Origin: an uncultured Clostridia bacterium
Lineage (GTDB): Bacteria; Bacillota; Clostridia; Oscillospirales; Acutalibacteraceae
Length of the DNA stretch: 64,000 bases
Direction: 5' to 3'
Assembly (NCBI GenBank): GCA_944412495.1
Contig: CALYBL010000017.1
Span: forward strand, 87,441-151,440
Shown: piece by piece, positions 1 to 9,393 of the stretch
Layout: each line of letters opens with the position of its first letter
Position numbering within the stretch: position 1 is the first letter of the stretch
Position numbers and translations under genes: made by a program
Notes under the pieces: generated by a model
Told to the model about the DNA's origin: nothing
Database searches by the model: none
The model's input: only the letters and a program-made list of their open reading frames with translations

Positions 1-892
1 AGATTTGCTCAGAAAAAGTAGTACAAATAAGCCCGAACACTATGTTGCACCTTCAAACAAAGTACTACTCAACGACTTATGGGATGATTTGAAACCTAAT
101 GGTAGCTCATATACAACAAAATTATTCGGTCAAAATATATTTAGCATGCCAAAATCTGTTGATTTACTTAAACGATTAATAAGTTTTATAGCAAACGAAG
201 AGTCAGATATAATACTTGACTTTTTCAGTGGATCTGCCACGACCGCCCATGCAGTCATGCAGCTGAATGTCGAAGACGGCGGCAACCGCAAATTTATTAT
301 GGTACAATTACCAGAGCTATGTAATGAAAAATCAGACGCATATAAGGCTGGCTATAAAAATATCTGCGATATAGGTATGGAACGTATTCGCCGTGCCGGT
401 GCAAAAATCCTTGCAGAAGCTGAGAAATCAAATCAGCAATTAAAATTTGGCGAAGAAGAAAAGCCGCTGCCGGATGTCGGTTTTAAAGTTTTTGAATTGG
501 ATTCTTCAAATTTAAAAACATGGGACGGAACTCCTGTCACAAATGAAGCTGAACAGTTAGAATTTATTAACCGTCTAAACGATATGCTTGACACCGTAAA
601 ACCTGATAGAACCGACCATGATATGATATATGAAATCATTCTTAAAGTTGGTCTGCCACTCACTTCACCGATAAGCGAAATAGATGTACAAGGCAAAAAA
701 GCTTATGTTGTTGATGACTATTTACTGCTTATTTGTCTTGCTGAAAACATAACACCAGAAATGGTTGAAGAAATGTGCAGTTATGCTCCTGCAAAGCTTA
801 TTTTGGGCGAAAAATCGTTTAATGATGCTACGACAATGGCAAATGCACATTATATCTGCAAGGATAGAGATATTACATTAAAGTTTGTTTAA
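1..892 (+). CDS. mod: Type III R-M DNA methyltransferase (Mod), C-terminal part; 5' end outside window
   Basis: Frame is open to the window edge. PF01555-type C-terminal block MPKSVDLLKRLISF...ILDFFSGSATTAHAV (helper motif plus AdoMet motif I). Lies 27 nt upstream of a Res-type helicase-nuclease gene. Confidence 0.75.
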   Translation, partial: DLLRKSSTNKPEHYVAPSNKVLLNDLWDDLKPNGSSYTTKLFGQNIFSMPKSVDLLKRLISFIANEESDIILDFFSGSATTAHAVMQLNVEDGGNRKFIMVQLPELCNEKSDAYKAGYKNICDIGMERIRRAGAKILAEAEKSNQQLKFGEEEKPLPDVGFKVFELDSSNLKTWDGTPVTNEAEQLEFINRLNDMLDTVKPDRTDHDMIYEIILKVGLPLTSPISEIDVQGKKAYVVDDYLLLICLAENITPEMVEEMCSYAPAKLILGEKSFNDATTMANAHYICKDRDITLKFV

Positions 893-918
893 AAATATAA
901 AAACGATGGTGAGCTTAA

Positions 919-3900
919 ATGAAGTTAAAATTTAAAAATCAACAGTATCAGACGGATGCAGTAAATGCTGTTATTGATTTATTCGTTGGGCAAGAGAAAA
1001 ACAAAACAACTTTTTCGATTATAGAGGAGCAGCAAACCAAAATTTTTAATGATTTCGGAACGGGAAATTCGTTGCTTTTGGATGAAAAGGCTATAATGGC
1101 AAATATGCATGAAATTCAAAAGCGCAATCATCTCCCCTTGACTTATGATTTATATGGACATAATTTTTCTGTAGAGATGGAGACGGGTACAGGTAAAACA
1201 TACGTATATACTAAAACAATTTATGAGCTTAATAAGCGATATGGTTTTACAAAATTTATTGTTGTAGTTCCGTCCGTTGCAATTAGAGAGGGCGTATATA
1301 AATCTTTTGAAATGACAAAGGAACATTTCGGTATGCAGTATGATAATGTCCCATGCCGATATTTTATCTATAATTCTGCCAAGCTTTCTGATGTACGTCA
1401 GTTTGCAACCAGCACAAATATTGAAATAATGATTATTAATATAGATGCTTTCCGAAAGTCTGAGAATGTCATCAATCAGGCACAGGATAAATTAAACGGC
1501 GAAACTGCAATGAGGTATATTCAAGATACTAATCCTATCGTTATTATCGACGAGCCGCAAAGTGTTGATACTACTCCTAAAGCTAAAGAAGCAATAGCAT
1601 CTCTTAATCCTTTATGTGTATTTCGTTATTCTGCTACTCATAAAGAAAAGATTAATATGCTTTATCGGCTTACTCCGGTTGATGCTTATCAGATGGGGTT
1701 AGTTAAGCAGATTGCAGTTTCCTCAAACACTGTAGAAAATGATTTTAATAAGCCATACATAAAATTATTGGCAGTATCTGCTGAAAACGGATTTTCAGCT
1801 AAAATTGAGCTTGATGTGCTGGTTAAGGGCGGAAAGGTAAAACGGCAAATAAAAACTGTTAAGCCTAATGATGATATATATATATTATCCGGCGAAAGGG
1901 ATATGTATAACGGATATATAATAGAAGGCATTGACTGTACTCCGAATAGAGAATGCATTGAATTTTCAAATACAGAAGTTGTTCTGCTCGGGCAGGCTAT
2001 AGGCTCCATAGATGATAATCTCATAAAAAGAGCGCAAATTAAACGCACTATAGAGATACATTTAGATAAAGAGTTACTTTTCCTTAATAAAAAGGTCAAA
2101 GTTCTATCGTTATTTTTTATAGATAAGGTTGCCAAATATCGTACAGAAAACGGCGGTAAGGGCATCTATGCTCAAATGTTTGAGGAATGCTTTAATGAAC
2201 TAATATCAAAAGATAAGTATGCCCCTTTGCGCAGCCGTTTTTCACAAGATGTTACAAAGATACATAACGGTTATTTTTCGCAGGACAAACGAGGACATTA
2301 TAAGGATACAAGGGGCGATACTTCAGCAGATAATGACACTTACAATACCATTATGAAAGATAAAGAATGGTTGTTGTCCTTTGATTGTCCTCTACGTTTT
2401 ATCTGGTCACACTCTGCTCTTAAAGAAGGATGGGACAATCCTAATGTATTTCAAGTTTGCACGCTTATTAATCAAAAGTCCACATTTACTTCCACATTTA
2501 CTTGCCGACAAAAAATAGGCCGAGGTCTTAGACTATGTGTAAATCAAGACGGTGAACGCATTGAAGATAAAAATGTTAATATTTTGCACGTTATTGCAAA
2601 TGAAAGTTTCTCTGAATTTGCAAATACGCTGCAAAAGGAAATCGAACAGGATACAGGTGTTAAATTTGGTATATTACAGAGCAGTTTGTTTTCCGGTTTA
2701 ACATACACTGAAACAAAACAAATTGAAAAAAGCGTTACAGAGGAACAAGCCAAAGAAGTTATCCAAGCACTTAAAACGAATGATATTATTGATGAATGCG
2801 GAAAAGTAAAAAGCAATATTGAGCCTGATAAAATACAATTACCTAAAGAATTGGAAAATGTTAAACCTATTATTGAAAACGCCATAGAAAATACAGAGGT
2901 TATTGATGCTGATGAAATTACTGGTAAAACTTACGTAGAAACAGTAAGTGAGGATAAGACAATATCAACGGAAGAAGCTGAAGAGTTAATAACACATTTT
3001 GAAAACAAAGGATATATTAAAAATGGCAAAATTAAAGATACCATGAAAAATGCTCTGCTTAATGATACACTTGACCTACCGTCAAAATATGAGGGAGTAA
3101 AAAAACGATTTGAAGAAATAATTCGAAATGCCGACCGCAAGCCTCCTATCCGCGATGCTTCAAAAGATGTAATTGTGCATCTAAAGAAACATGTTATTGC
3201 CGATCCAGTTTTCAATGAATTATGGGAGCGCATCAGGCAAAAAACTACTTATAGAGTACAAATAGATACGGATAAACTTATAATTAATGCAGTAAAAGAA
3301 TTAAAAAATATGCCTAAGCTTCCACAAGCACGTATTGTCTCGCAAACGGCAGATATTGACATACAAAATTCAGGAGTAATACAAAGAGAAACATATTTGA
3401 AGACTACTAATATAGAGAATAACTATACCGTATTACCAGATATATTATCAGTCATTAGAGAAGAAACCCATATTCCTAAGTCGATTATTGTTAGGATTTT
3501 AAAAGAAAGCGGACGTATAAACGACTTTTTTATTAATCCTCAGATGTTTATTGAAAATTGTATTAATATTATACAGCATGTACGGCATGAGCTTGCTATA
3601 GATGGCATTCGCTATATAAAACTTGAGGGCGAGAAATATTATGCGCTTGAAATTTTTGATAGTAGAGAAATTATAGCCAATCTCGATAACAATGCTGTTG
3701 CTGTTAATAATAGTGTATATGATTATATAATTTATGATAGTTCAACGGTAGAAAAGCCTTTTGCACTTGCTCTGGACAACGACCCAAATGTTAAAATGTT
3801 TTTTAAACTTCCAGACCGCTTTAAGATTGACACCCCAATAGGTGCTTACAATCCGGATTGGGCCGTATATTTAAATAAAGACGGCGAGGAAAAGCTGTAT

Positions 3901-4056
3901 TTTGTCATTGAGACAAAGGGCAATACAGACCGGTTTGATATGAGAATAACTGAGCAGTTAAAAATTCATTGCGGGAAACAGCACTTTAAAGCTTTAAATA
4001 ACGACGTCGAACTGGCTGTAGCTACTAATTGGCAAAATTTTGTAAAAAATATATAA
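919..4056 (+). CDS. res: Type III restriction endonuclease Res subunit (SF2 helicase plus C-terminal PD-(D/E)xK nuclease)
   Basis: 1045 aa. Walker A METGTGKTYVY, motif II IIDEPQ, motif VI QKIGRGLRL, C-terminal nuclease core NPDWAVY...FVIETKG. Confidence 0.85.
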   Translation: MKLKFKNQQYQTDAVNAVIDLFVGQEKNKTTFSIIEEQQTKIFNDFGTGNSLLLDEKAIMANMHEIQKRNHLPLTYDLYGHNFSVEMETGTGKTYVYTKTIYELNKRYGFTKFIVVVPSVAIREGVYKSFEMTKEHFGMQYDNVPCRYFIYNSAKLSDVRQFATSTNIEIMIINIDAFRKSENVINQAQDKLNGETAMRYIQDTNPIVIIDEPQSVDTTPKAKEAIASLNPLCVFRYSATHKEKINMLYRLTPVDAYQMGLVKQIAVSSNTVENDFNKPYIKLLAVSAENGFSAKIELDVLVKGGKVKRQIKTVKPNDDIYILSGERDMYNGYIIEGIDCTPNRECIEFSNTEVVLLGQAIGSIDDNLIKRAQIKRTIEIHLDKELLFLNKKVKVLSLFFIDKVAKYRTENGGKGIYAQMFEECFNELISKDKYAPLRSRFSQDVTKIHNGYFSQDKRGHYKDTRGDTSADNDTYNTIMKDKEWLLSFDCPLRFIWSHSALKEGWDNPNVFQVCTLINQKSTFTSTFTCRQKIGRGLRLCVNQDGERIEDKNVNILHVIANESFSEFANTLQKEIEQDTGVKFGILQSSLFSGLTYTETKQIEKSVTEEQAKEVIQALKTNDIIDECGKVKSNIEPDKIQLPKELENVKPIIENAIENTEVIDADEITGKTYVETVSEDKTISTEEAEELITHFENKGYIKNGKIKDTMKNALLNDTLDLPSKYEGVKKRFEEIIRNADRKPPIRDASKDVIVHLKKHVIADPVFNELWERIRQKTTYRVQIDTDKLIINAVKELKNMPKLPQARIVSQTADIDIQNSGVIQRETYLKTTNIENNYTVLPDILSVIREETHIPKSIIVRILKESGRINDFFINPQMFIENCINIIQHVRHELAIDGIRYIKLEGEKYYALEIFDSREIIANLDNNAVAVNNSVYDYIIYDSSTVEKPFALALDNDPNVKMFFKLPDRFKIDTPIGAYNPDWAVYLNKDGEEKLYFVIETKGNTDRFDMRITEQLKIHCGKQHFKALNNDVELAVATNWQNFVKNI
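2479..2502 (+). repeat. Perfect 12-nt tandem duplication (TCCACATTTACT x2) inside res
   Basis: Read directly from the sequence. In frame, it duplicates STFT immediately upstream of helicase motif VI (..KSTFTSTFTCRQKIGRGLRL..). Confidence 0.95.
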
Positions 4057-4061
4057 TAAAA

Positions 4062-4088
4062 CAGCAGAGAGAATTTATCTCTCTGCTG
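4062..4088. terminator. Bidirectional intrinsic terminator between convergent res and pcfJ-like genes
   Basis: 11-bp stem CAGCAGAGAGA/TCTCTCTGCTG with a 5-nt loop. The T-run is on the minus-strand side (TTTTATTA) and weaker on the plus side. Confidence 0.6.
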
Positions 4089-4094
4089 CTTTGC

Positions 4095-6089
4095 TTACGC
4101 AGCTTTATTAGTAGCTGCTAAAGGTATTAACTTTTTCCTTTGCCACTCATTTATAAACTTTTTTATGTCTTGTGTTGGTGATTCATTATTGAAACCGCGT
4201 ATCTGCGTGATTTCGTTATTATTTTTTATCTCTATAGTATACCACGGCTCATTTTGGTTTTGTGTCCGTCTTAGAAATAGGATAATAGATTCGTCTTCTG
4301 CTACTTTAGAAACATATGATGCAACACAGTGATGGAGAGCCTGGCCCTCAAAGACTATTTCATCAGATGTTTTGGGTGGAATGATAGTCATGCCAAATTT
4401 GCTGAAATTGTACTTTTTATATAGACTATCAAAATTATCTTTAATTTTGCGATTATAAATCTGCTTTTTCCTTTTATTAAACATTGTACTCGCTGCATCA
4501 TGAGCAATCATTAAGTTTCGCGGAAAAAGATTAAAAGTATTGTAGTCTAATTTTTTACATAACTGCAAATAATCCTGATATTCATTTAAAACACTGCTTT
4601 TATTATAATATCTATTATACTTGCTAACAGGTTGTCCTAATTTTTCATATTGTTCATTTATATACTTTATAAGCTTTTTTTCATTCATATATTTCAGGCA
4701 AAACAATACGCATTTAATATCTGTCATTTCATTATTTTGAAACCATAGCAATATTTGTTCATCAAAACGGATTTTATTATCATAAAGATTTTGTGCTAAG
4801 CATAACGTCCTTTCTCTAACATTAGCTTTTTGAAGAATTGGCAATATATTTCGCTCAATCTTCAAAATTTCATGTGCATTTTTGCCGTTAAGATTAATTG
4901 CCGTTATATAATTATTTCTATATACAATATCTGAAGTTAGATTAAATAGCTTTAATTTGACTAAATATTCTATAAAAGGATAACGCAAATAAGATGCAAG
5001 ATATGGCATACATTCAAGCGGCTCCTTGGAACTTAAATAGAATGTTCCAATCTGGCAATATTGCCATGGAGTATTATTTAGTACATTCTTTAAATTCGGA
5101 GTAAATAGGTGACCACAAACATCTGCTTCAAAATTATAATAATATTTATTAATGACAGGACGGTATCCTTTCCTCCAATTGGTATATATCCCAGAATTAT
5201 AAAAATAGTGATATGCTTCTTTCATTAAGCGATTATTTTTATATGAAAAAAATATGCGTGCATTTTCTATCATACTAAATTCAGGATTTAGATAATCGCG
5301 GTATGACATAAATATTTTGCAGATTCGTAAGATAAATTCATCTCCTATTCGTTGTATTATCTGTACTGTATTTCTATCAGAAAAATTAATGCCTTTTCCT
5401 ATAGCATAATATGTTATTTTTCGGCCACAAGCAGGGCAAATCCCGGCTTTTTTATGCCTTGCTTTATTGGCAATAAATTTATTTTTGCAGGCTGTACAAT
5501 ATCCTTCTTGCTTTTTTCTGTTCTTTTTATAATTATAAAACACGTAACTCGGCAATATTTCATGCTGAGCCCAATTTCTAAATTTTTGCGGAAGAGGAGA
5601 TATGCCATTCATACGCTTAATAATTTTCTGCTCTTTTTTCTTTTTACGGAGATTACATTTTTTATAAAAAATACTTGTTTGAAGTTGTTTGATAGCAAGA
5701 TAACCATTGCTTTCGTTTGTCCCACAAAAATTCAAAACACGTTTTTCATCATTTGAAGTATAAAATGCACAGTTTGTATAATCAAATTCTTTGCCGTTAT
5801 TTATATAGTCTAATCTTGAAATCAACCATTTTGTTTTTCCATTGTCGCATTGTTTCAGTATTATATAATCTTCTTTTGACTGAAATAATGTATATTCTGG
5901 GGTAAATATACCGTTTGCAGCGTTTTCTCTTACATAAAAATAAAGTATAAGTAGGCGCTGCCCGGCAACATTTTTTATTGATGTTCGTATAATGTATTTT
6001 ATTTGTTTAAAGATTAAAAGGCCACTATTAGTATTCATTTTTTTGTTTAAGTCTGCATATTTGCGGCAGGCTCTTTTATTAATTTTCAT
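4095..6089 (-). CDS. PcfJ-like protein
   Basis: 664 aa. The C-terminal block FEGQALHHCVASYVSKV...PWYTIEI matches my recollection of the PcfJ-like domain. Central CxxC...CxxC zinc ribbon (CTACKNK...CPACGRK). The start overlaps the upstream stop (ATGA). Confidence 0.6.
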   Translation of the reverse strand: MKINKRACRKYADLNKKMNTNSGLLIFKQIKYIIRTSIKNVAGQRLLILYFYVRENAANGIFTPEYTLFQSKEDYIILKQCDNGKTKWLISRLDYINNGKEFDYTNCAFYTSNDEKRVLNFCGTNESNGYLAIKQLQTSIFYKKCNLRKKKKEQKIIKRMNGISPLPQKFRNWAQHEILPSYVFYNYKKNRKKQEGYCTACKNKFIANKARHKKAGICPACGRKITYYAIGKGINFSDRNTVQIIQRIGDEFILRICKIFMSYRDYLNPEFSMIENARIFFSYKNNRLMKEAYHYFYNSGIYTNWRKGYRPVINKYYYNFEADVCGHLFTPNLKNVLNNTPWQYCQIGTFYLSSKEPLECMPYLASYLRYPFIEYLVKLKLFNLTSDIVYRNNYITAINLNGKNAHEILKIERNILPILQKANVRERTLCLAQNLYDNKIRFDEQILLWFQNNEMTDIKCVLFCLKYMNEKKLIKYINEQYEKLGQPVSKYNRYYNKSSVLNEYQDYLQLCKKLDYNTFNLFPRNLMIAHDAASTMFNKRKKQIYNRKIKDNFDSLYKKYNFSKFGMTIIPPKTSDEIVFEGQALHHCVASYVSKVAEDESIILFLRRTQNQNEPWYTIEIKNNNEITQIRGFNNESPTQDIKKFINEWQRKKLIPLAATNKAA

Positions 6090-6868
6090 ATAGTACCTCC
6101 AAATAATGTAAGTTGTTCTTCATTAACTTTTACTTCATTTAATTTTGAACTTTTCTTTTCTTGTTTTGCTTTCTTTTTAGCCCTTTGGTTTGAAGTAGCT
6201 AAATGTGGTTTTGAAATAATTATTTTTTCGCCTTTATCTTTGTCCTCTTCAATATCCATATTCAAGAAATAATCTTCTGCCCATCTATAGCATAGGTCGT
6301 CGGGGACATCGCCTCCATAAATGCCATTAATGGGCTTTTCATCATTAATTTTCATTTCTTCATCTAAGTATGATTTTGCTTTTCTATTTATATATTTAAA
6401 ACAATTAATTAAATTTTTTCGCGGATGTAAAACATATTTTGCAAAGTTCAAATCCTCATAGCATTTTGTTTGGACATATTCTGTTACGCATTGCTTCATA
6501 TTGCGTCGAGTAAAGCGTTCATAATCCTCTCCAAGTCGCTTTACAGAAGCTTCTATAAGAATATCATTATTTACTGATATAGCCTTTTCCCATTCAGCTT
6601 CTTCTTTTGCTTTTATTTGTTCTTCCCATTCAGCTTTTCGTTTTTCCTCAGCTTCTTCGTGTGATTTGCGTTTAACTTCTTCATTTTGTTCGGCAGCCTG
6701 AGTCTTTTTATCTGCATCTGATGTCGCTTCAATTGAATTTGACTGTCCAACAGGCTTTGACTGAACACTTTGCTCGTAATTCTTATTTGCCGTATCTATT
6801 TGGCAGTTAGATGATAATTGCTCTCTGTCGTTTTCGTATTCAATATTCAAATCTGAAAAATATCCCAT
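6086..6868 (-). CDS. Hypothetical protein, candidate PcfK-like (family that includes anti-CRISPR AcrIIA9)
   Basis: 260 aa with a Lys/Glu-rich N-half and a conserved-looking C-half (..GGDVPDDLCYRWAEDYF..). Translationally coupled to the pcfJ-like gene, as pcfK is in pCF10-type elements. Assigned by synteny and recall only. Confidence 0.4.
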   Translation of the reverse strand: MGYFSDLNIEYENDREQLSSNCQIDTANKNYEQSVQSKPVGQSNSIEATSDADKKTQAAEQNEEVKRKSHEEAEEKRKAEWEEQIKAKEEAEWEKAISVNNDILIEASVKRLGEDYERFTRRNMKQCVTEYVQTKCYEDLNFAKYVLHPRKNLINCFKYINRKAKSYLDEEMKINDEKPINGIYGGDVPDDLCYRWAEDYFLNMDIEEDKDKGEKIIISKPHLATSNQRAKKKAKQEKKSSKLNEVKVNEEQLTLFGGTI

Positions 6869-6890
6869 ACTTATACTCCTTTACTAAATT

Positions 6891-6925
6891 AAAGGTGCAG
6901 CATAATAATTTCATGCTGCACCTTT
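6891..6925 (-). terminator. Intra-operon hairpin / partial terminator between primase-like and pcfK-like genes
   Basis: 13-bp perfect stem AAAGGTGCAGCAT/ATGCTGCACCTTT, followed on the minus strand by AAUUUAG and then the RBS of the next gene. Confidence 0.4.
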
Positions 6926-6945
6926 CTTATTTTGCTTATAAAGCT

Positions 6946-8478
6946 TTATTTCCTACTTTGATTTAATGCTTTTGCCAGCATTGGCAAAAACTTTACCGGA
7001 TAAAATCCTGATTTATCTACATAGTAATATTCACGTTTCTCTTCGTCATATAGTTCCAGGATATCAGACGGAGATATACTCCTGCCTAAATATTCATCTG
7101 GCAATTCATCTTGATACTTCTCAAAAATTTGTTTTAGCCGTTTGTTTTTTTCATCTCCATTATCACAAGATAGTACACCGTCATAAACTAATTGATAAAG
7201 GTCTGCTGGCGGCTGTTCATATCCTGCTTTATGTAACATTTTAATGCCTCCAAATGCGAAATCAACTGTGCCAGTATCTAATGCGAGTTGATAGATACGA
7301 TAACACTGTTTAACCTGATTGGAGGATTGTTGTACATTAATATTCGTATTCTCTCCTTTCTTCATATTTTGCTTTTGTCTGAGTGCAAGTTGCCAGTCGT
7401 CAATTCCTTTATAATTTGGATTCCAAATTAGTCGGCGGCATTCCATTCCATATTTCTTAGATATTAGAAAAATTTTTGATGCTCCTTTTTCTATCTGCTC
7501 ATTTCGATATTTATCCATATCATGCGCTTCAATAATTAATTGTGTGCCATTTTGAGCAAGAATAGCAAACAATAGATCAAGTTTAGCTGTGTTATTTGCA
7601 CCTGGAATAGCAATAAAAGTACGATTCATCAAACAATGTGCTATATCAGACTTTAGTATCCCTTCTGTTACATATACCGTCCTTGAAAATGGATTACCAA
7701 CAAAATGAACAGGGCTGCCAGAGGAAGTACCCATATATTTTCCAGACGAAGATAACCATATATATTTGGTTCCTTCTTTATCGGACACATCGTTTTTATT
7801 TTTTATAGGCATATCAAGTCGTATTTGAAATCCATGTATTAGACCATCAATTCCACGAACAGGCAATAAAATTCCCGATGTATTAGATGTAAAATTAATA
7901 GTCCATTTACCATTCCTTTTATAAAAGCCTGGAACGCCTTCTACTGTACATCCATTTGCAATTAGGTGGTCCACAAGTAACCGTCCATTATAAAATGGCG
8001 GCGTGCTCTTATAACCAAGGTATTTGATTTGTTCATCACTTAATCCGCGCTTTTCCTTAAGATGATTTCTATGCTTTTCGGAGAGTGTTAGCATTGTAAG
8101 TAATTTAGAAAATGTATTATGTATTACTCGATTATCGGCAAGGAGTGCTTGCGGTACTTTTTTTAAATCTTTTTTCGATTTTTTTATTTGATGTTCAGAA
8201 ATATCATATCCATTTGATATTGCATTACATATTTGTCTATATGCAATGGAATTATTAACACCATTAAGTTTTGCATATAACGATAACATTCCGCCGCACT
8301 CACCGCAATAATTACATCTCCAAACATTTTTAATATAATCGACATTCATTTTACCTCTATTATCTCCGCAAAATGGGCAGTCAACATATACACCATTAGT
8401 CATTCTTCGCCTTATATTAAGATTAAGCATCTGAACAATGTCTTCAATTTGAAATGGAAAATCTTCTGGCTGACTCAT
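6946..8478 (-). CDS. Zinc-finger/Toprim primase-like protein with YodL-like C-terminal region
   Basis: 510 aa. N-terminal zinc finger CPFCGDNRGK...WRCNYCGECGG. Toprim-like acids (YVTEGILKSD, IIEAHDMDK). Tyr-rich C-terminal domain (YRIYQL.., YYYVDKSGFYPVKF). RBS AGAGGTGG. Confidence 0.55.
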   Translation of the reverse strand: MSQPEDFPFQIEDIVQMLNLNIRRRMTNGVYVDCPFCGDNRGKMNVDYIKNVWRCNYCGECGGMLSLYAKLNGVNNSIAYRQICNAISNGYDISEHQIKKSKKDLKKVPQALLADNRVIHNTFSKLLTMLTLSEKHRNHLKEKRGLSDEQIKYLGYKSTPPFYNGRLLVDHLIANGCTVEGVPGFYKRNGKWTINFTSNTSGILLPVRGIDGLIHGFQIRLDMPIKNKNDVSDKEGTKYIWLSSSGKYMGTSSGSPVHFVGNPFSRTVYVTEGILKSDIAHCLMNRTFIAIPGANNTAKLDLLFAILAQNGTQLIIEAHDMDKYRNEQIEKGASKIFLISKKYGMECRRLIWNPNYKGIDDWQLALRQKQNMKKGENTNINVQQSSNQVKQCYRIYQLALDTGTVDFAFGGIKMLHKAGYEQPPADLYQLVYDGVLSCDNGDEKNKRLKQIFEKYQDELPDEYLGRSISPSDILELYDEEKREYYYVDKSGFYPVKFLPMLAKALNQSRK

Positions 8479-8522
8479 AATTAGACCACCTCTTTTATAC
8501 TTTAGTTAAACTAATTGTTGAT

Positions 8523-9335
8523 TTATAATGTTTCAAGCATAATTTTTGCACCAGCTCGTAAGATGTTGTTATCTCCGGTGTAGCCGTTTATATACCATTT
8601 GAGACTGGCAGGACGTCTATCTGCTACTTCCGATAATGTCCATCCTTTACAAGTTCCTTCAGAAACTATTATATTTTTTGCCTCATCAAGTGTCATAAGT
8701 GAGCATATTTCTTCTACTGACATATCAGATGTATATAGTGGTAATTTATCATTATCCTCACTCTGGCTTCCTTGTAACTGCTGAGAATTTGTATTGCTTT
8801 CATTAATTTCTTCAAAATTTTCTGCTTCTGTCATATTAATTATTTTTTCTTCAATATTTTGCTTTTCGGCTTTATTTTGAATGTCTATACCTTTTTCTTC
8901 TTTTGTTTCATTAGGTTTATCCGCTTCAATATTGTTAGTGATTTTATCAGATAATTCATGATTTGGTGTTATAAATTGTATTCCAAAGCCAGCATCAGTT
9001 AATGCTTCATCAATGGCTGCATGCTGCGCCGCTTCGATATATCTACTGCTTTCATTAGCATTTCGCTGCGCAGTAAATGTCGTAATTGGTTCATTACTTT
9101 TATCAAAATATACCTGTGCTTCAATGATCGCAACTTGTTCAGTAATTCTTAGGGCAATAAGCTTTATCCGCCCCTCAGGCCTTTTTAGTCTAAACCAAAG
9201 CTTTTTATATGATAAATCAAGCTTAGGACCTTCTTTTGTATTTTTTATAAAATTTAAAGGATTAAATCCCGTTACTTTATTTAATTCCGATACAGCTGAA
9301 ATTTCATACATTGTATTGTTTTCTAATTTTTCCAT
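8523..9335 (-). CDS. Hypothetical protein, possible Rad52/Sak-like single-strand annealing protein
   Basis: ATG at 9335 has AAAGGAG 8 nt upstream; the ORF-track start at 9353 lies inside that RBS. The N-terminal ~125 aa end in ..RYIEAAQHAAIDEALTDAGFGIQF. An acidic linker and a conserved-looking C-terminal domain follow. The functional call is tentative. Confidence 0.4.
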   Translation of the reverse strand: MEKLENNTMYEISAVSELNKVTGFNPLNFIKNTKEGPKLDLSYKKLWFRLKRPEGRIKLIALRITEQVAIIEAQVYFDKSNEPITTFTAQRNANESSRYIEAAQHAAIDEALTDAGFGIQFITPNHELSDKITNNIEADKPNETKEEKGIDIQNKAEKQNIEEKIINMTEAENFEEINESNTNSQQLQGSQSEDNDKLPLYTSDMSVEEICSLMTLDEAKNIIVSEGTCKGWTLSEVADRRPASLKWYINGYTGDNNILRAGAKIMLETL

Positions 9336-9393
9336 AAAATAGACTCCTTTCAATTATAAACATAAAAATATACCATTTTTTCTGCACTATTTT

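Noticed and set aside
1-4056. Simple-sequence phase-variation tracts in the Type III mod/res genes.
   Set aside because: No homopolymer or tetra-/pentanucleotide repeat tract is visible in the part of mod present here or in res. Only the 12-nt duplication was found, and it is reported separately.
5352-5905. Plus-strand ORFs (134, 62 aa) and other small ORFs antisense to the pcfJ-like gene. Similar small ORFs lie opposite res, the helicase and the integrase.
   Set aside because: They are low-complexity Phe/Ile/Leu/Ser-rich translations of AT-rich antisense DNA, fully nested in better-supported genes.
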